A DNA stretch of 60,876 bases from Acidimicrobiia bacterium. GTDB taxonomy: Bacteria; Actinomycetota; Acidimicrobiia; Actinomarinales; Actinomarinaceae. The notes under the pieces were generated by a model. It saw nothing but the letters and a program-made list of their open reading frames with translations. It did not search any database and had not been told where the DNA came from. Numbering within the stretch: the first letter of the stretch is position 1; each line of letters opens with the position of its first letter. The translations under genes and the position numbers were made by a program. Shown one piece after another: positions 29,701 through 38,230 of this stretch. The stretch lies in contig JAONAZ010000005.1 of NCBI GenBank assembly GCA_028376655.1, positions 1-60,876 of the forward strand, read 5' to 3'.

Positions 29701-30259
29701 TGAAGGTTATGGTGAAATATTTAGATCTGAATCAACACACTCCATCATTGAACTTATGGATACAGAGGAAGATGAAGAGGTAAACGTTGCAATAACTGGC
29801 TTAGTTTCAAATGTACAAAAACGAGTTTCCAGAAGGGGTAATGCATGGATTCAGTTTGACCTTCAAGAATCTACAGGATCTTTAGGAGTTCTTGTTTTCA
29901 ATAAGCTCGTAGATAAATATAATGCGCAATTAGATGGAGAATTATATTTAAAGGTCTCAGGAACATATGTTGGTGGCACAGAAAATAATATCCGTGCGAG
30001 AGATTTTGAATTAATAGAACCATCTAAACTTTTAACTGATTTAGACAGAACACCACTTAAAATCTCGGTACAAGAAGAAATTATGGATAAAAATAATCTG
30101 ATCTTGTTAAAGGAATTACTCGAAAGGTATCCAGGTAGTTCAAAAGTTGAATTAGAAGTTAATAACGAACAAGGTGTCAAACTTCTTGAACTCAAAAATA
30201 TAAAAGTAAAAAAAACTACCAAGCTAAGGAATGAAATTAACACATTGTTATCAAATTGA
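26765..30259 (+). CDS. dnaE: DNA polymerase III alpha subunit
   Basis: PHP domain HLHAHTEYSMLDG, TDHG; GRGSAAGS, PDIDMD, KMDFLGL, YGFNKSH. Confidence 0.97.
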   Translation: MSKSFVHLHAHTEYSMLDGAAKIQTYIDRVKELNQPAAAITDHGNLYGALEFYNLAKKSGVKPIIGYEAYVTTESRFDRPDRIKNKRYHLTLLAENNEGYWNLVNLASKAFTDGYYYKPRLDYDLMREHSKGVIALSGCLGGEIAQHLAPDGSTEEGNDEGERSYKKALEKATLYQEIFGIENFYIELHKHGIKQQELILPDLLKISNELSAPLVATNDSHYVNPEDSSAHDALLCVQTNATIDDESRFKFEGGGYYVKSSEEMRELFNDEEYPDACDNTLKIADRVSYSFESGKYYLPAFPIDDPNLTVEEYLKNLVYDGAASVYEELTDQVTQRIEYELDVINSMGFASYFLIVGDLIKYAKDNNIRTGAGRGSAAGSIVSYCLGITGIEPLKYGLLFERFLNKGRKELPDIDMDIDERYRKDVIDYVINKYGEDKVAHIVTFATIKAKQAIRDSSRVLGLPFSAGDKVAKLMPPMILGNTATLSECLALDEENNSGYSKEFYSASAELRTQYKNDQEVKKIIDIALGLEGLRRQDGIHAAAVVISPEAITNFLPVQKKGKDAELVTQYEMHTVEQLGLLKMDFLGLRNLSIIDRTVKLINKDDFNIDDVPLNDDKTFELFSSGRMIGVFQLESRIAQITARSLKPSRFEDIVALVALIRPGPLGANMHIEFADRARGKKEIEFLHEDLKEILEETYGVILYQEQVMQIAQRISGFQLDEADDLRKAMGKKIPKVMEQQRKKFTDGAVTNGYSEQFSIELFDQIAFFAGYGFNKSHSVPYALIAYQTAYLKANYPAEYLSACLTAVKRDKDRTAIFLSEARELGVNVKTPNINLSIEDFSVANGEILFGLSAIRNVGDITAEKIVLERENGAYETIQDFLSRTDSRSLNKRGVEAMIQGGAFDQFGFPRRGLYESIIDLIEDAKGLKKEKDNSQTSLFSLEEHSNELTSIKNIEWDKKELLDREREMLGFFVSEDPLEGYGEIFRSESTHSIIELMDTEEDEEVNVAITGLVSNVQKRVSRRGNAWIQFDLQESTGSLGVLVFNKLVDKYNAQLDGELYLKVSGTYVGGTENNIRARDFELIEPSKLLTDLDRTPLKISVQEEIMDKNNLILLKELLERYPGSSKVELEVNNEQGVKLLELKNIKVKKTTKLRNEINTLLSN

Positions 30260-30272
30260 TTAAAATTCAATC

Positions 30273-30482
30273 ATGACATTTAATATTGAAGAATTCCAGA
30301 AGAGATATACAGAAAGAGCTGAAGCCGTAAAAAGCCGACCGATGCCACCAATTGGTGGTGATGAAAGATTAGCTTTCATAAAACAAGCAGAAAAAGATTA
30401 TCAAGATTATATGATTATTTCTGATTCAGAATTTGAAATTACTGATGAATATTTAGTATTTAAATATAAATTAGATTCTTAG
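30273..30482 (+). CDS. Small hypothetical protein
   Basis: 69-aa ORF (ERAEAVKSRPMPPIGGDER) with its own TAAAAT-N6-ATG start. Confidence 0.75.
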   Translation: MTFNIEEFQKRYTERAEAVKSRPMPPIGGDERLAFIKQAEKDYQDYMIISDSEFEITDEYLVFKYKLDS

Positions 30483-31141
30483 TTTAAATCTCTACTCATA
30501 GGAAATATTATATTTATTACCTCTGCACATGCTTTTGCTATTTCCATGTGTTCTTTTTGGGTACCATTTGAAGCTCTGAGTTGAATGTAGTGTATCCAAC
30601 TTCTTAATGTCCCATTCATATACAATCTGCTTACTGTATTTCCCTCAGGTAATACGGATCTGGCTTGCTCTTTAGCAATACCAGCCTCAATAGCCCAATT
30701 ATATGCTTTTTTGGAAGTATTAATTACTTCTTCTTGCAGGTTATTCCATGTTGAAATTATATCTTCATTATTGGTTTCAATGGAATTTTGCCGGTTTTCC
30801 TTATCTTGTAATCTAGCTTCACGAATTTCGAATTCTAAATCTTTAACAGGATTTGCATAACGTTGACTAAATTCTTGAAAACTAAATGATCTATGCCTTA
30901 AAATTTGTCTAGCTATATCTCTTGTTGTCTCTATCTCTAAACATGCACTAACCATTTCAAGAGGAGACCAGTGGGCGTTTTTTATCAAATAGTTTATAAG
31001 TTTTTCACTAGTTTCTGTATTTAGTTGGTTTGAGGGATTTGAGACTCTTGCACAGAAAGCCACCAACTCTTGTGCATCTGTTATACCTTCAGAAAAAAAT
31101 TCTTCAGTGGGTTTAGAATAACTTATTAATTTAACTTTCAT
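30479..31141 (-). CDS. thyX: FAD-dependent thymidylate synthase
   Basis: RHRSFSFQEFSQRY signature, HWSPLEM, AKEQARSVLP. Confidence 0.95.
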   Translation of the reverse strand: MKVKLISYSKPTEEFFSEGITDAQELVAFCARVSNPSNQLNTETSEKLINYLIKNAHWSPLEMVSACLEIETTRDIARQILRHRSFSFQEFSQRYANPVKDLEFEIREARLQDKENRQNSIETNNEDIISTWNNLQEEVINTSKKAYNWAIEAGIAKEQARSVLPEGNTVSRLYMNGTLRSWIHYIQLRASNGTQKEHMEIAKACAEVINIIFPMSRDLN

Positions 31142-31170
31142 TTATGTAACTATATTAAAATAAAAAAAAT

Positions 31171-31434
31171 ATGTTTTTATTACGGACAATAGTTTTTATT
31201 ATAATTTTTTCACTCATTCTAATTCTTGCTTATCCGCTTCTTATAGTTTTTAATATTGCTACAGGTGGAGACGGATTTGGCCTATGTAATGAACTGACAA
31301 CTTGTAATATCCCAATAACAGAGGGACCTAAACTTTTAGTTTTCTTGATAGGTATTTTCTTTTTTCTTGTCTTTCTTTTGAGGTTAATAATGAAATATAT
31401 GAACTCACTACAAAATAAAAATTCTATTCTTTAA
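31171..31434 (+). CDS. Small hypothetical membrane protein
   Basis: 2 TM segments flanking a GGDGFGLC..C loop. Confidence 0.7.
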   Translation: MFLLRTIVFIIIFSLILILAYPLLIVFNIATGGDGFGLCNELTTCNIPITEGPKLLVFLIGIFFFLVFLLRLIMKYMNSLQNKNSIL

Positions 31435-32251
31435 TTACAAGAAAAATAGACAATAATACAAGAAACACTCCTGCCCAATTGGTTATGTTTAAAACTTCCC
31501 CAACGTATAAAATACCTATAATTAGTGCAAAAATAGCTTCAAGACTTAACAATAGCGCAGCTGTAGATGCGTTGATAATTTTCTGTCCGTATAGTTGTAA
31601 ATAAAATGCTGCGAAATTAACTACAAATCCCAGAAATAGAATAGGCATTACATACTGTATTTTAAAAGAAAATTGTTCAAGATTTAAAAATGGCACACAT
31701 AGCAAAGTTCCAATCAATGATTGAACAAACATCAATTGAGATATGTTTTGATTTTTAATGTATCTTTCAACCATAACAATATGAAGAGCATATCCTGTTG
31801 CACAAATAAGCGTAAAAAGATTTCCAAATAATTGGTCATAGCTGTTACTAGCAATTAAAAAAATACCAAGAAAACCAGTTAAGGAAAATAAATAACTCTT
31901 ACCTGAAAGGGATGTTTTATTGATTATTTTTGAAAAAATAGGTGTTAAAACTATATAAAACCCTGTTACGACACCTGAATTAATTGTTGATGTTGTTAAT
32001 AAACCTTGAGTCTGAGTAACATATCCAACCCACAGAAATACTCCCATAAGAAGTCCTGGTTTAACAGTTTTTTTAGTTGGGATACCTCCTGAAAATAAAA
32101 AAAGTATCGTAGCAACTGCATATCTTAGAAAAACTATATTTATAGGAGAAAAATCATCAAGTAAATTTTTGACAACAATAAAAGTTCCACCAAAAAATAT
32201 GGCAGATAATACTAATGAAGATATAGCCAATGTTTTTTTATTTTTAATCAT
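31424..32251 (-). CDS. DMT/EamA family transporter
   Basis: About 10 TM; FGGTFIVVK, QTQGL, LLSLEAIFA. Confidence 0.88.
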   Translation of the reverse strand: MIKNKKTLAISSLVLSAIFFGGTFIVVKNLLDDFSPINIVFLRYAVATILFLFSGGIPTKKTVKPGLLMGVFLWVGYVTQTQGLLTTSTINSGVVTGFYIVLTPIFSKIINKTSLSGKSYLFSLTGFLGIFLIASNSYDQLFGNLFTLICATGYALHIVMVERYIKNQNISQLMFVQSLIGTLLCVPFLNLEQFSFKIQYVMPILFLGFVVNFAAFYLQLYGQKIINASTAALLLSLEAIFALIIGILYVGEVLNITNWAGVFLVLLSIFLVIKE

Positions 32252-32291
32252 GTAATCTTATGAAGATTAATATCCAGATTAAAATAGATAC

Positions 32292-32939
32292 ATGAGCGAT
32301 GAAATAAAAAAATTAGCCAATAATTTTCAAAAATACCTACGTAAAGAATATTCAGATATTAAAACAATATTAAAATATAAAACTCAGTTTCAATTATTGG
32401 TTTCAATTGTTTTATCGGCACAAACTACTGATGATAATGTGAATAAGGCTACTAAAGGGTTATTTGAAAAATTTCCAAATGCAAAATCACTTGCATCTGC
32501 CAAAATTTCACAAATTGAAAAGCTGGTTTTTTCAACTGGTTTTTATAAGGTAAAGTCAAAAAATATACATGGCTTAGCAAAGGTTTTAGTTAATGAGCAT
32601 AATTCCAGAATTCCTAAAACGATAGAACAATTAGTTAAGCTTCCGGGAGTAGGTCGAAAAACAGCCTCTGTATTTTTGGCCGAAACTTACAACCAACCAA
32701 CTATTGCTGTAGACACCCATGTATTGAGGGTTTCTCATCGTTTAGGTCTTAGTACAAAAAGATTAGACCCTGTACAAACTGAAAAAGAGTTAAAAATGCT
32801 ATTTCCTAAAAGTTTCTGGCGTTATCTTTCTATGAGTTTTGTCCAATTCGGTAGAGATATATGTAATTCAAAAAAACCATTGTGTAATGTTTGTAAATTT
32901 AATAATTCATGCAAGTATTATTTTTCTATTAATAACTAA
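32292..32939 (+). CDS. nth: Endonuclease III
   Basis: LSAQTTD, LPGVGRKTA, AVDTHV, C-x6-C-x2-C-x5-C Fe-S motif. Confidence 0.95.
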   Translation: MSDEIKKLANNFQKYLRKEYSDIKTILKYKTQFQLLVSIVLSAQTTDDNVNKATKGLFEKFPNAKSLASAKISQIEKLVFSTGFYKVKSKNIHGLAKVLVNEHNSRIPKTIEQLVKLPGVGRKTASVFLAETYNQPTIAVDTHVLRVSHRLGLSTKRLDPVQTEKELKMLFPKSFWRYLSMSFVQFGRDICNSKKPLCNVCKFNNSCKYYFSINN

Positions 32940-32958
32940 TGTAATATATATTTAAACT

Positions 32959-33666
32959 ATGGAAGTAAACATATTTTTAGCATTCTTTTTCGGAATCTTG
33001 TCATTTTTCTCCCCGTGTGTATTGCCACTAGTACCCGGATACTTAACAATATTTTCTGGAACTGAAAATACTACTCAAAACAGATTGAGAGGTTCTTTAG
33101 AATTTTGTCTAGGGTTTTCAATTGTTTTCATCTCACTCGCAGCAATTGCATCTTCTGTTGGTTCTTTTTTCACCAGGAATTCCTCATCACTAGGAATGGT
33201 GAGTGGGCTAATAATTATTTTTTTTGGAACTTTGCTACTTTTTCCTACAGTTAATATGAAATATTTTTATTCCGCTAATTATGTAGATTTAAAAAAATTT
33301 TCTACGTTCAAAAACTTTGTTCTAGGCCTCACCTTTGCATTTGGTTTCACTCCATGCATAGGTCCCGTATTGGGAGCTCTTTTAACCCTGACTTCAAATT
33401 CTGACACACTCAATAGAGGTATTGGGTTACTAGTAAGTTTTTCAATTGGTCTAACTATCCCTTTTATACTCATATCTGTTTTAGCTGGTAAATTTAATAT
33501 GAAGAGTAAGTTATTCATAACATTCCAAAAATATTCTTCAAAAATTTCAGGTTTAGTTTTAATTACTTTAGGCATATTAATTTTTACCGACAAAATGTAC
33601 ATATTGGCATCTTTATTTCAGGATTTACTTATTTTTATAAATCTTGATTGGTTGAGTACAATTTAA
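32959..33666 (+). CDS. ccdA: Cytochrome c biogenesis protein CcdA / DsbD-like
   Basis: SFFSPCVLPLVPGY and FTPCIGPVLG. Confidence 0.9.
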   Translation: MEVNIFLAFFFGILSFFSPCVLPLVPGYLTIFSGTENTTQNRLRGSLEFCLGFSIVFISLAAIASSVGSFFTRNSSSLGMVSGLIIIFFGTLLLFPTVNMKYFYSANYVDLKKFSTFKNFVLGLTFAFGFTPCIGPVLGALLTLTSNSDTLNRGIGLLVSFSIGLTIPFILISVLAGKFNMKSKLFITFQKYSSKISGLVLITLGILIFTDKMYILASLFQDLLIFINLDWLSTI

Positions 33667-33668
33667 AT

Positions 33669-34232
33669 ATGTATATTTTAAAAACTACTCATTCACTAAA
33701 AATTGAAGGCGAAGATGCTATTAAATTTATCGAGTCTCTTATCTCAGTCGATCCTGTAGATAAAATGTATAAATGTTCATTTTTACTTAAACCTGATGGA
33801 AAAATTGCACATTGGTTCATCATCTTAAGAGATGGAACAGATTTGTTCCTTTTTCAAAGCGAACAAGAATTAACTAATATAAAGAAAAGCTTAGATTTTT
33901 ATAAAATAAGAACTAAATGCACAATGGAGGTTATTCATCTCGAAAAGGATCTATCTTTAAAAATTGAAGAAATTGGTTTTGAATTTATCGAGTCAAATGA
34001 AGGAAATAATTTTATTAACTGGAGTAATCTGTCTATGATTTTAGATTTACCTTTACCCGAAATTTCTGCAGTTGGCCTTCTTCCTAACGAAACTAAATGG
34101 TTAGATTTTATGGTTGACTTTAATAAAGGATGTTTTTTAGGCCAAGAGCAAGCATCCAGGGTAAAGTTTAGAGGAAGGCCAAGAAGACTTCTAATATCTA
34201 ATAATAATACTCAAGAATTCTTAAAAATTTAG
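33669..34232 (+). CDS. Shortened YgfZ/GcvT-like folate-binding protein
   Basis: KGCFLGQE signature; GEDAIKFI and LKPDGKI near the N-terminus. Confidence 0.8.
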   Translation: MYILKTTHSLKIEGEDAIKFIESLISVDPVDKMYKCSFLLKPDGKIAHWFIILRDGTDLFLFQSEQELTNIKKSLDFYKIRTKCTMEVIHLEKDLSLKIEEIGFEFIESNEGNNFINWSNLSMILDLPLPEISAVGLLPNETKWLDFMVDFNKGCFLGQEQASRVKFRGRPRRLLISNNNTQEFLKI

Positions 34233-34233
34233 A

Positions 34234-34530
34234 ATGTTCCGATGTGACTATTGTGGGAGAATTCTTTATAAAAATGTCTCAGGAAAATACAACATTTGTT
34301 CCGCTAAGTGTAAAAGCAAATTTAAAAATAAAAAATTAATTAGAGAATTAGAATTAGTTGTTTTTTCTGAAATAAAAAATGGCATTAAAGTTTCAGATAT
34401 AGTTTCTAAATTACAATATGAAAAATTTGATATTGTCAGTGCAGTTAGGAGGTTAACCTACCAAGGAAAAAAAATTTATTTAAAAACTAGTACTGAATTA
34501 AATCTTAAGTCTTTACTTTTTATAAAGTAA
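34234..34530 (+). CDS. Zinc-finger plus winged-helix-like small protein (DUF2256/DUF3253-like)
   Basis: CDYCGR...CSAKC followed by ...SAVRRLTYQG. Confidence 0.55.
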   Translation: MFRCDYCGRILYKNVSGKYNICSAKCKSKFKNKKLIRELELVVFSEIKNGIKVSDIVSKLQYEKFDIVSAVRRLTYQGKKIYLKTSTELNLKSLLFIK

Positions 34531-35122
34531 AAATAGCACCTTTATCAAATTTTTTTAATGAATATTGAACAATTGGTCCAACAGAAAGTACCATGACAAC
34601 CGTTCCATATCCGTAAGAGCCTCCAAGCAAAACTCCCAGCATGAATGCTGTAAAGTCAATACCAATTCGAGTAACCCTAATACTCGGGCCTAATTTAGAA
34701 ATTCCAGTCATTATTCCATCTCTGGGTCCAGGCCCGAGTCCAGATCCAATATAAACACCTACTCCTATTGCAAATACGAATGTTCCAAAATAAAGATAAA
34801 TATGTTTCATGTATGTGAGTTCAGGCGATGGAAGGTAAATCATGGTCAAGTCGATTACATTTCCAATAGTTAATATGTTTATGATTGTACCTATAAAAGG
34901 TAACTGCTTTAGTGGTATCCATCCAAGCAGTAGTACAAAACCAGTTATAACACCTGCAAAGCCAATCTTTACATTAATTAACTTACTAAAGCCATCATGA
35001 AAAACATCCCAGGAATTGAGACCTAAATTCGCTTCGATGGTGAAGGCCAATCCAAATCCACAAAGGAAAAGTCCAAAGAGTAGTTGAGGTAGTCTATTAA
35101 ATATTTTTTTTCTATTTTTCAA
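34520..35122 (-). CDS. YczE/YitT family membrane protein
   Basis: LGLNSWDVFHDG, GTIIN, LGPGPRDGIMTG, GYGT. Confidence 0.88.
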   Translation of the reverse strand: MKNRKKIFNRLPQLLFGLFLCGFGLAFTIEANLGLNSWDVFHDGFSKLINVKIGFAGVITGFVLLLGWIPLKQLPFIGTIINILTIGNVIDLTMIYLPSPELTYMKHIYLYFGTFVFAIGVGVYIGSGLGPGPRDGIMTGISKLGPSIRVTRIGIDFTAFMLGVLLGGSYGYGTVVMVLSVGPIVQYSLKKFDKGAIFTL

Positions 35123-35483
35123 TAAAAAGCCCCTCTAATCTATCTACATATTCTGGGCATAGTTCATATGTTGACTGAAATCTTAAGATTGGAATAATCC
35201 TATCGTCTATAAAAATAACTATTTCAGAACCAGAAACAACGTTTTGTATTACATCTAAGGAGTTCTTTTCATCTATCCAGTCACTACTGGACTCACAAAT
35301 AGCTTTTCCCACAGCAACAAGTTCGTCATTTGATAACTTAATTAAAGTACTGTTGCTATCAGCAATCCTTACCTGATCAACAAAAGATTTACCGTAAGGA
35401 TCATTATTGATATTGAAAATAACAATAAAAGAAACAATCAATACTAAAAAGATAGCAAAACTGAAAATAGGTATTTTCTTCAA
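35112..35483 (-). CDS. DUF732-like membrane-anchored protein
   Basis: N-terminal TM; LVAVGKAIC ... YELCPEY cysteine pair. Confidence 0.55.
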   Translation of the reverse strand: MKKIPIFSFAIFLVLIVSFIVIFNINNDPYGKSFVDQVRIADSNSTLIKLSNDELVAVGKAICESSSDWIDEKNSLDVIQNVVSGSEIVIFIDDRIIPILRFQSTYELCPEYVDRLEGLFIEK

Positions 35484-35523
35484 GTAACCATTCTATACAA
35501 GCGGTTAATTTTGTTTAAAAAAG

Positions 35524-35605
35524 TACCCGGAGGGGGAGTCGAACCCCCACATCCGAAGATACTGGATTTTGAATCCAGCGCGTCTGCCAATTCCGCCACC
35601 CGGGC
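35524..35605 (-). tRNA. tRNA-Leu(CAA)
   Basis: Reverse complement GCCCGGGTGGCGGAATTGGCAGACGCG-CTGGA-TTCAAAA-TCCAG, variable arm, GTTCGACTC, discriminator A; CCA not encoded. Confidence 0.96.
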
Positions 35606-35674
35606 TTTTCACCTTTGATTATATTTCATATTTATTCCAAAGAGAGAAAAATAATTTAAGTTTACAATGAAATA

Positions 35675-38176
35675 ATGATTGTTCTTGTTGATGGCTTCAG
35701 TATTGCTTTTAGAGCTTTCTATGCGTTACCTGAAACATTGATGACATCAAAAGGAACTCCAACAAATGTTATTCACGGTTTTTTGTCTATGCTTAATAAA
35801 ATAACAACTGACTATAAATTAGATCAATTAATTATCACTTGGGATCTACCTGGTCAAACATTTAGAAATGAAATTTATAAAGAATATAAAGCAAACAGAT
35901 CATCGGCACCTGATAATTTCAATATCCAAATACCATTGCTACATAAACTTTTAGAAACATTTAATATCCCACAAGTTTCAAAAGAAGGCTTTGAAGCGGA
36001 CGATGTTCTAGGATCTTTATCAGTAGCATTAAACAAAAAAAATAAAAAAGTCCTGATTGTCACCGGAGATAGAGATACGTACCAACTTATAAGTAATAAA
36101 ACAAAAATACTATATACGAAACGTGGTATTACTGATGTTGATTTAGTTGATGAAAAATTTTTTGCTGATAAATTCGGAATAAGTACTAAACAATATGTTG
36201 AATATTTGGCTTTGAAAGGTGATCCATCTGATAATATTCCGGGGCTACCAGGTGTGGGTGAAAAAACTGCGATTAATTTATTACAAAAATATAAAGATAT
36301 AGAAAATATTTACAAAAATCTTGATAATTTGACACCCAGAATTAAGAATTCATTTGAAACTAATAAAGATATACTTTTTATGAGTAAAGATCTTGCTACG
36401 ATACGAATTGATTTAGAACTTGAAATACCAGATATTAAAATTTCAGATACGATATTTACATCAGAAAAAATTCTTAAAGATTCACAAGTACAAGTCACCG
36501 AACTTGAACTGAATAAATATATAAGAAAATATAAATCACAACAAGAAGATGAAGCTACAGATGAAGGACAAATCGTTATAAAAGAGAGTGAAACCGAAAA
36601 CTTGCCAAGTAAGCCGATTGTATTTGTATTTGAAGGTGCAATTTATTTAGTTAATAAAGAATCTGCTTGGAAACTAAAAGAAGGTGAAGTATTAGATAAA
36701 GAATTCATATCTCTTACAACACAGAAAATCTATACGGTTCATCCAAATTTTGATAATAATTTAATTACTGCATATGACTGTATGATATTTTTATATGATC
36801 CAAACATAAGACCAGACAATTTATTGAATATTTGTAAACACATAGAACAGGCGAACTTACTAAATAAGAAATCGTCTCTACAAGAATTCGTAAAATTCTT
36901 TATTTCAAACTATGACTTTATACAATTAGAAATCAAAGATTTTAAATCTGATAAGTCGTTATTAAAAATTTATGAAGAATTAGATCTTCCAATAGTATCT
37001 GTATTAAATTCAATGCAAAAAAAAGGTGTAAAAGTATCTAATAATAAAATAGAAAAACTTTCTAAATTTATTAATCAAGAAATCCAAAATTATAAACAAA
37101 AAATTCACGATATTACTCAGCAGGACTTTAATTTAAATTCTCCAAAACAATTAGCGAAGGTACTTTTTGAAGATATGGACCTTCCTGTCATAAAAAAAAC
37201 ACCAAAGGGGGCACCTTCAACAGATGGATCTGTTTTAGAGGAACTATCAAAGGAATATGAACTCCCTAAATTTATTTTAAAATATAGAGAGTATGAGAAA
37301 ATTCGATCAACTTATATTGATGGTCTTAAAACTGAAATAACTGATAAAAATAGAATTCACACCACTTATAACCTTTTTGGAACAACAACTGGCAGACTTT
37401 CTTCTGAAAAGCCAAATCTACAAAATATTCCAAACAAAACTGATGTAGGTCAAAAAATACGTGAATTTTTTATTGCTGACACAAATCACGAATTTGTTAT
37501 TTCTGACTATTCTCAAATTGAATTACGAGTTTTAGCTCATCTCAGTTCCGACAAGAACATGATTGATATTTTAAGTTCTGAAGATTCTGATATACACACT
37601 GAAACAGCTTCTAGAATTTTTGATGTTGGTATTGATTCAGTAACTAAAGATATGAGAAGAAAGGCAAAAGAAGTTAATTTTGGTCTCATTTATGGAATGG
37701 AAGCATTTGGTTTATCAAAAAGTTTAAGTATTTCAAAAAATGAATCACAAGACCTTATAGATGCATACTTTTCACAGTTTCCAAAAATTAAAGGTTTTTT
37801 AGATCATATTGTCACAGATGCTGAAAAGGAGGGCTTTACAAAAACACTGTATGGAAGAAAAAGAAATATAAAAGAACTCAGCTCTTCTAACTTTCAGATA
37901 AAAGCTATGGGTAAGAGAATTGCAATGAATGCTCCCATACAAGGTACAGCAGCAGATATTATGAAAATAGCAATGCTTAAAGTTCAAACTAAAATATCAG
38001 GAATAAAATCTACTGATTTATTGCTACAAATACATGATGAAATTATTGTGCAGACACCAGTTTTAAATATTGAAGAGGTTACAAGGATTGTCAGCACTGA
38101 AATGGAATCAGCCACAAAGCTCAAAGTTCCACTATTTGTAAATATAAAAAATAATAAGGATTTAGCAAATAATTAA
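35675..38176 (+). CDS. polA: DNA polymerase I
   Basis: 5'-3' exonuclease (VDG, EADD, GDRD, GDPSDNIPG) and polymerase motifs (TTGRLSS, DYSQIELR, K..NFG..YG, QIHDE). Confidence 0.97.
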   Translation: MIVLVDGFSIAFRAFYALPETLMTSKGTPTNVIHGFLSMLNKITTDYKLDQLIITWDLPGQTFRNEIYKEYKANRSSAPDNFNIQIPLLHKLLETFNIPQVSKEGFEADDVLGSLSVALNKKNKKVLIVTGDRDTYQLISNKTKILYTKRGITDVDLVDEKFFADKFGISTKQYVEYLALKGDPSDNIPGLPGVGEKTAINLLQKYKDIENIYKNLDNLTPRIKNSFETNKDILFMSKDLATIRIDLELEIPDIKISDTIFTSEKILKDSQVQVTELELNKYIRKYKSQQEDEATDEGQIVIKESETENLPSKPIVFVFEGAIYLVNKESAWKLKEGEVLDKEFISLTTQKIYTVHPNFDNNLITAYDCMIFLYDPNIRPDNLLNICKHIEQANLLNKKSSLQEFVKFFISNYDFIQLEIKDFKSDKSLLKIYEELDLPIVSVLNSMQKKGVKVSNNKIEKLSKFINQEIQNYKQKIHDITQQDFNLNSPKQLAKVLFEDMDLPVIKKTPKGAPSTDGSVLEELSKEYELPKFILKYREYEKIRSTYIDGLKTEITDKNRIHTTYNLFGTTTGRLSSEKPNLQNIPNKTDVGQKIREFFIADTNHEFVISDYSQIELRVLAHLSSDKNMIDILSSEDSDIHTETASRIFDVGIDSVTKDMRRKAKEVNFGLIYGMEAFGLSKSLSISKNESQDLIDAYFSQFPKIKGFLDHIVTDAEKEGFTKTLYGRKRNIKELSSSNFQIKAMGKRIAMNAPIQGTAADIMKIAMLKVQTKISGIKSTDLLLQIHDEIIVQTPVLNIEEVTRIVSTEMESATKLKVPLFVNIKNNKDLANN

Positions 38177-38201
38177 TATTCGTTTGTAAAATCCATAGAT
38201 A

Positions 38202-38210
38202 TGTTATGCT
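38202..38210 (+). promoter_or_regulatory. Extended -10 promoter candidate for rpsA
   Basis: TGtTATGCT about 20 nt upstream of the rpsA ATG. Confidence 0.45.
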
Positions 38211-38230
38211 AAAAGACGAAAATATTATGA

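Noticed and set aside
35484-35674. tRNA genes as integration sites for an island or prophage
   Set aside because: No integrase, no duplicated tRNA 3' end seen, and flanking genes match the host in composition
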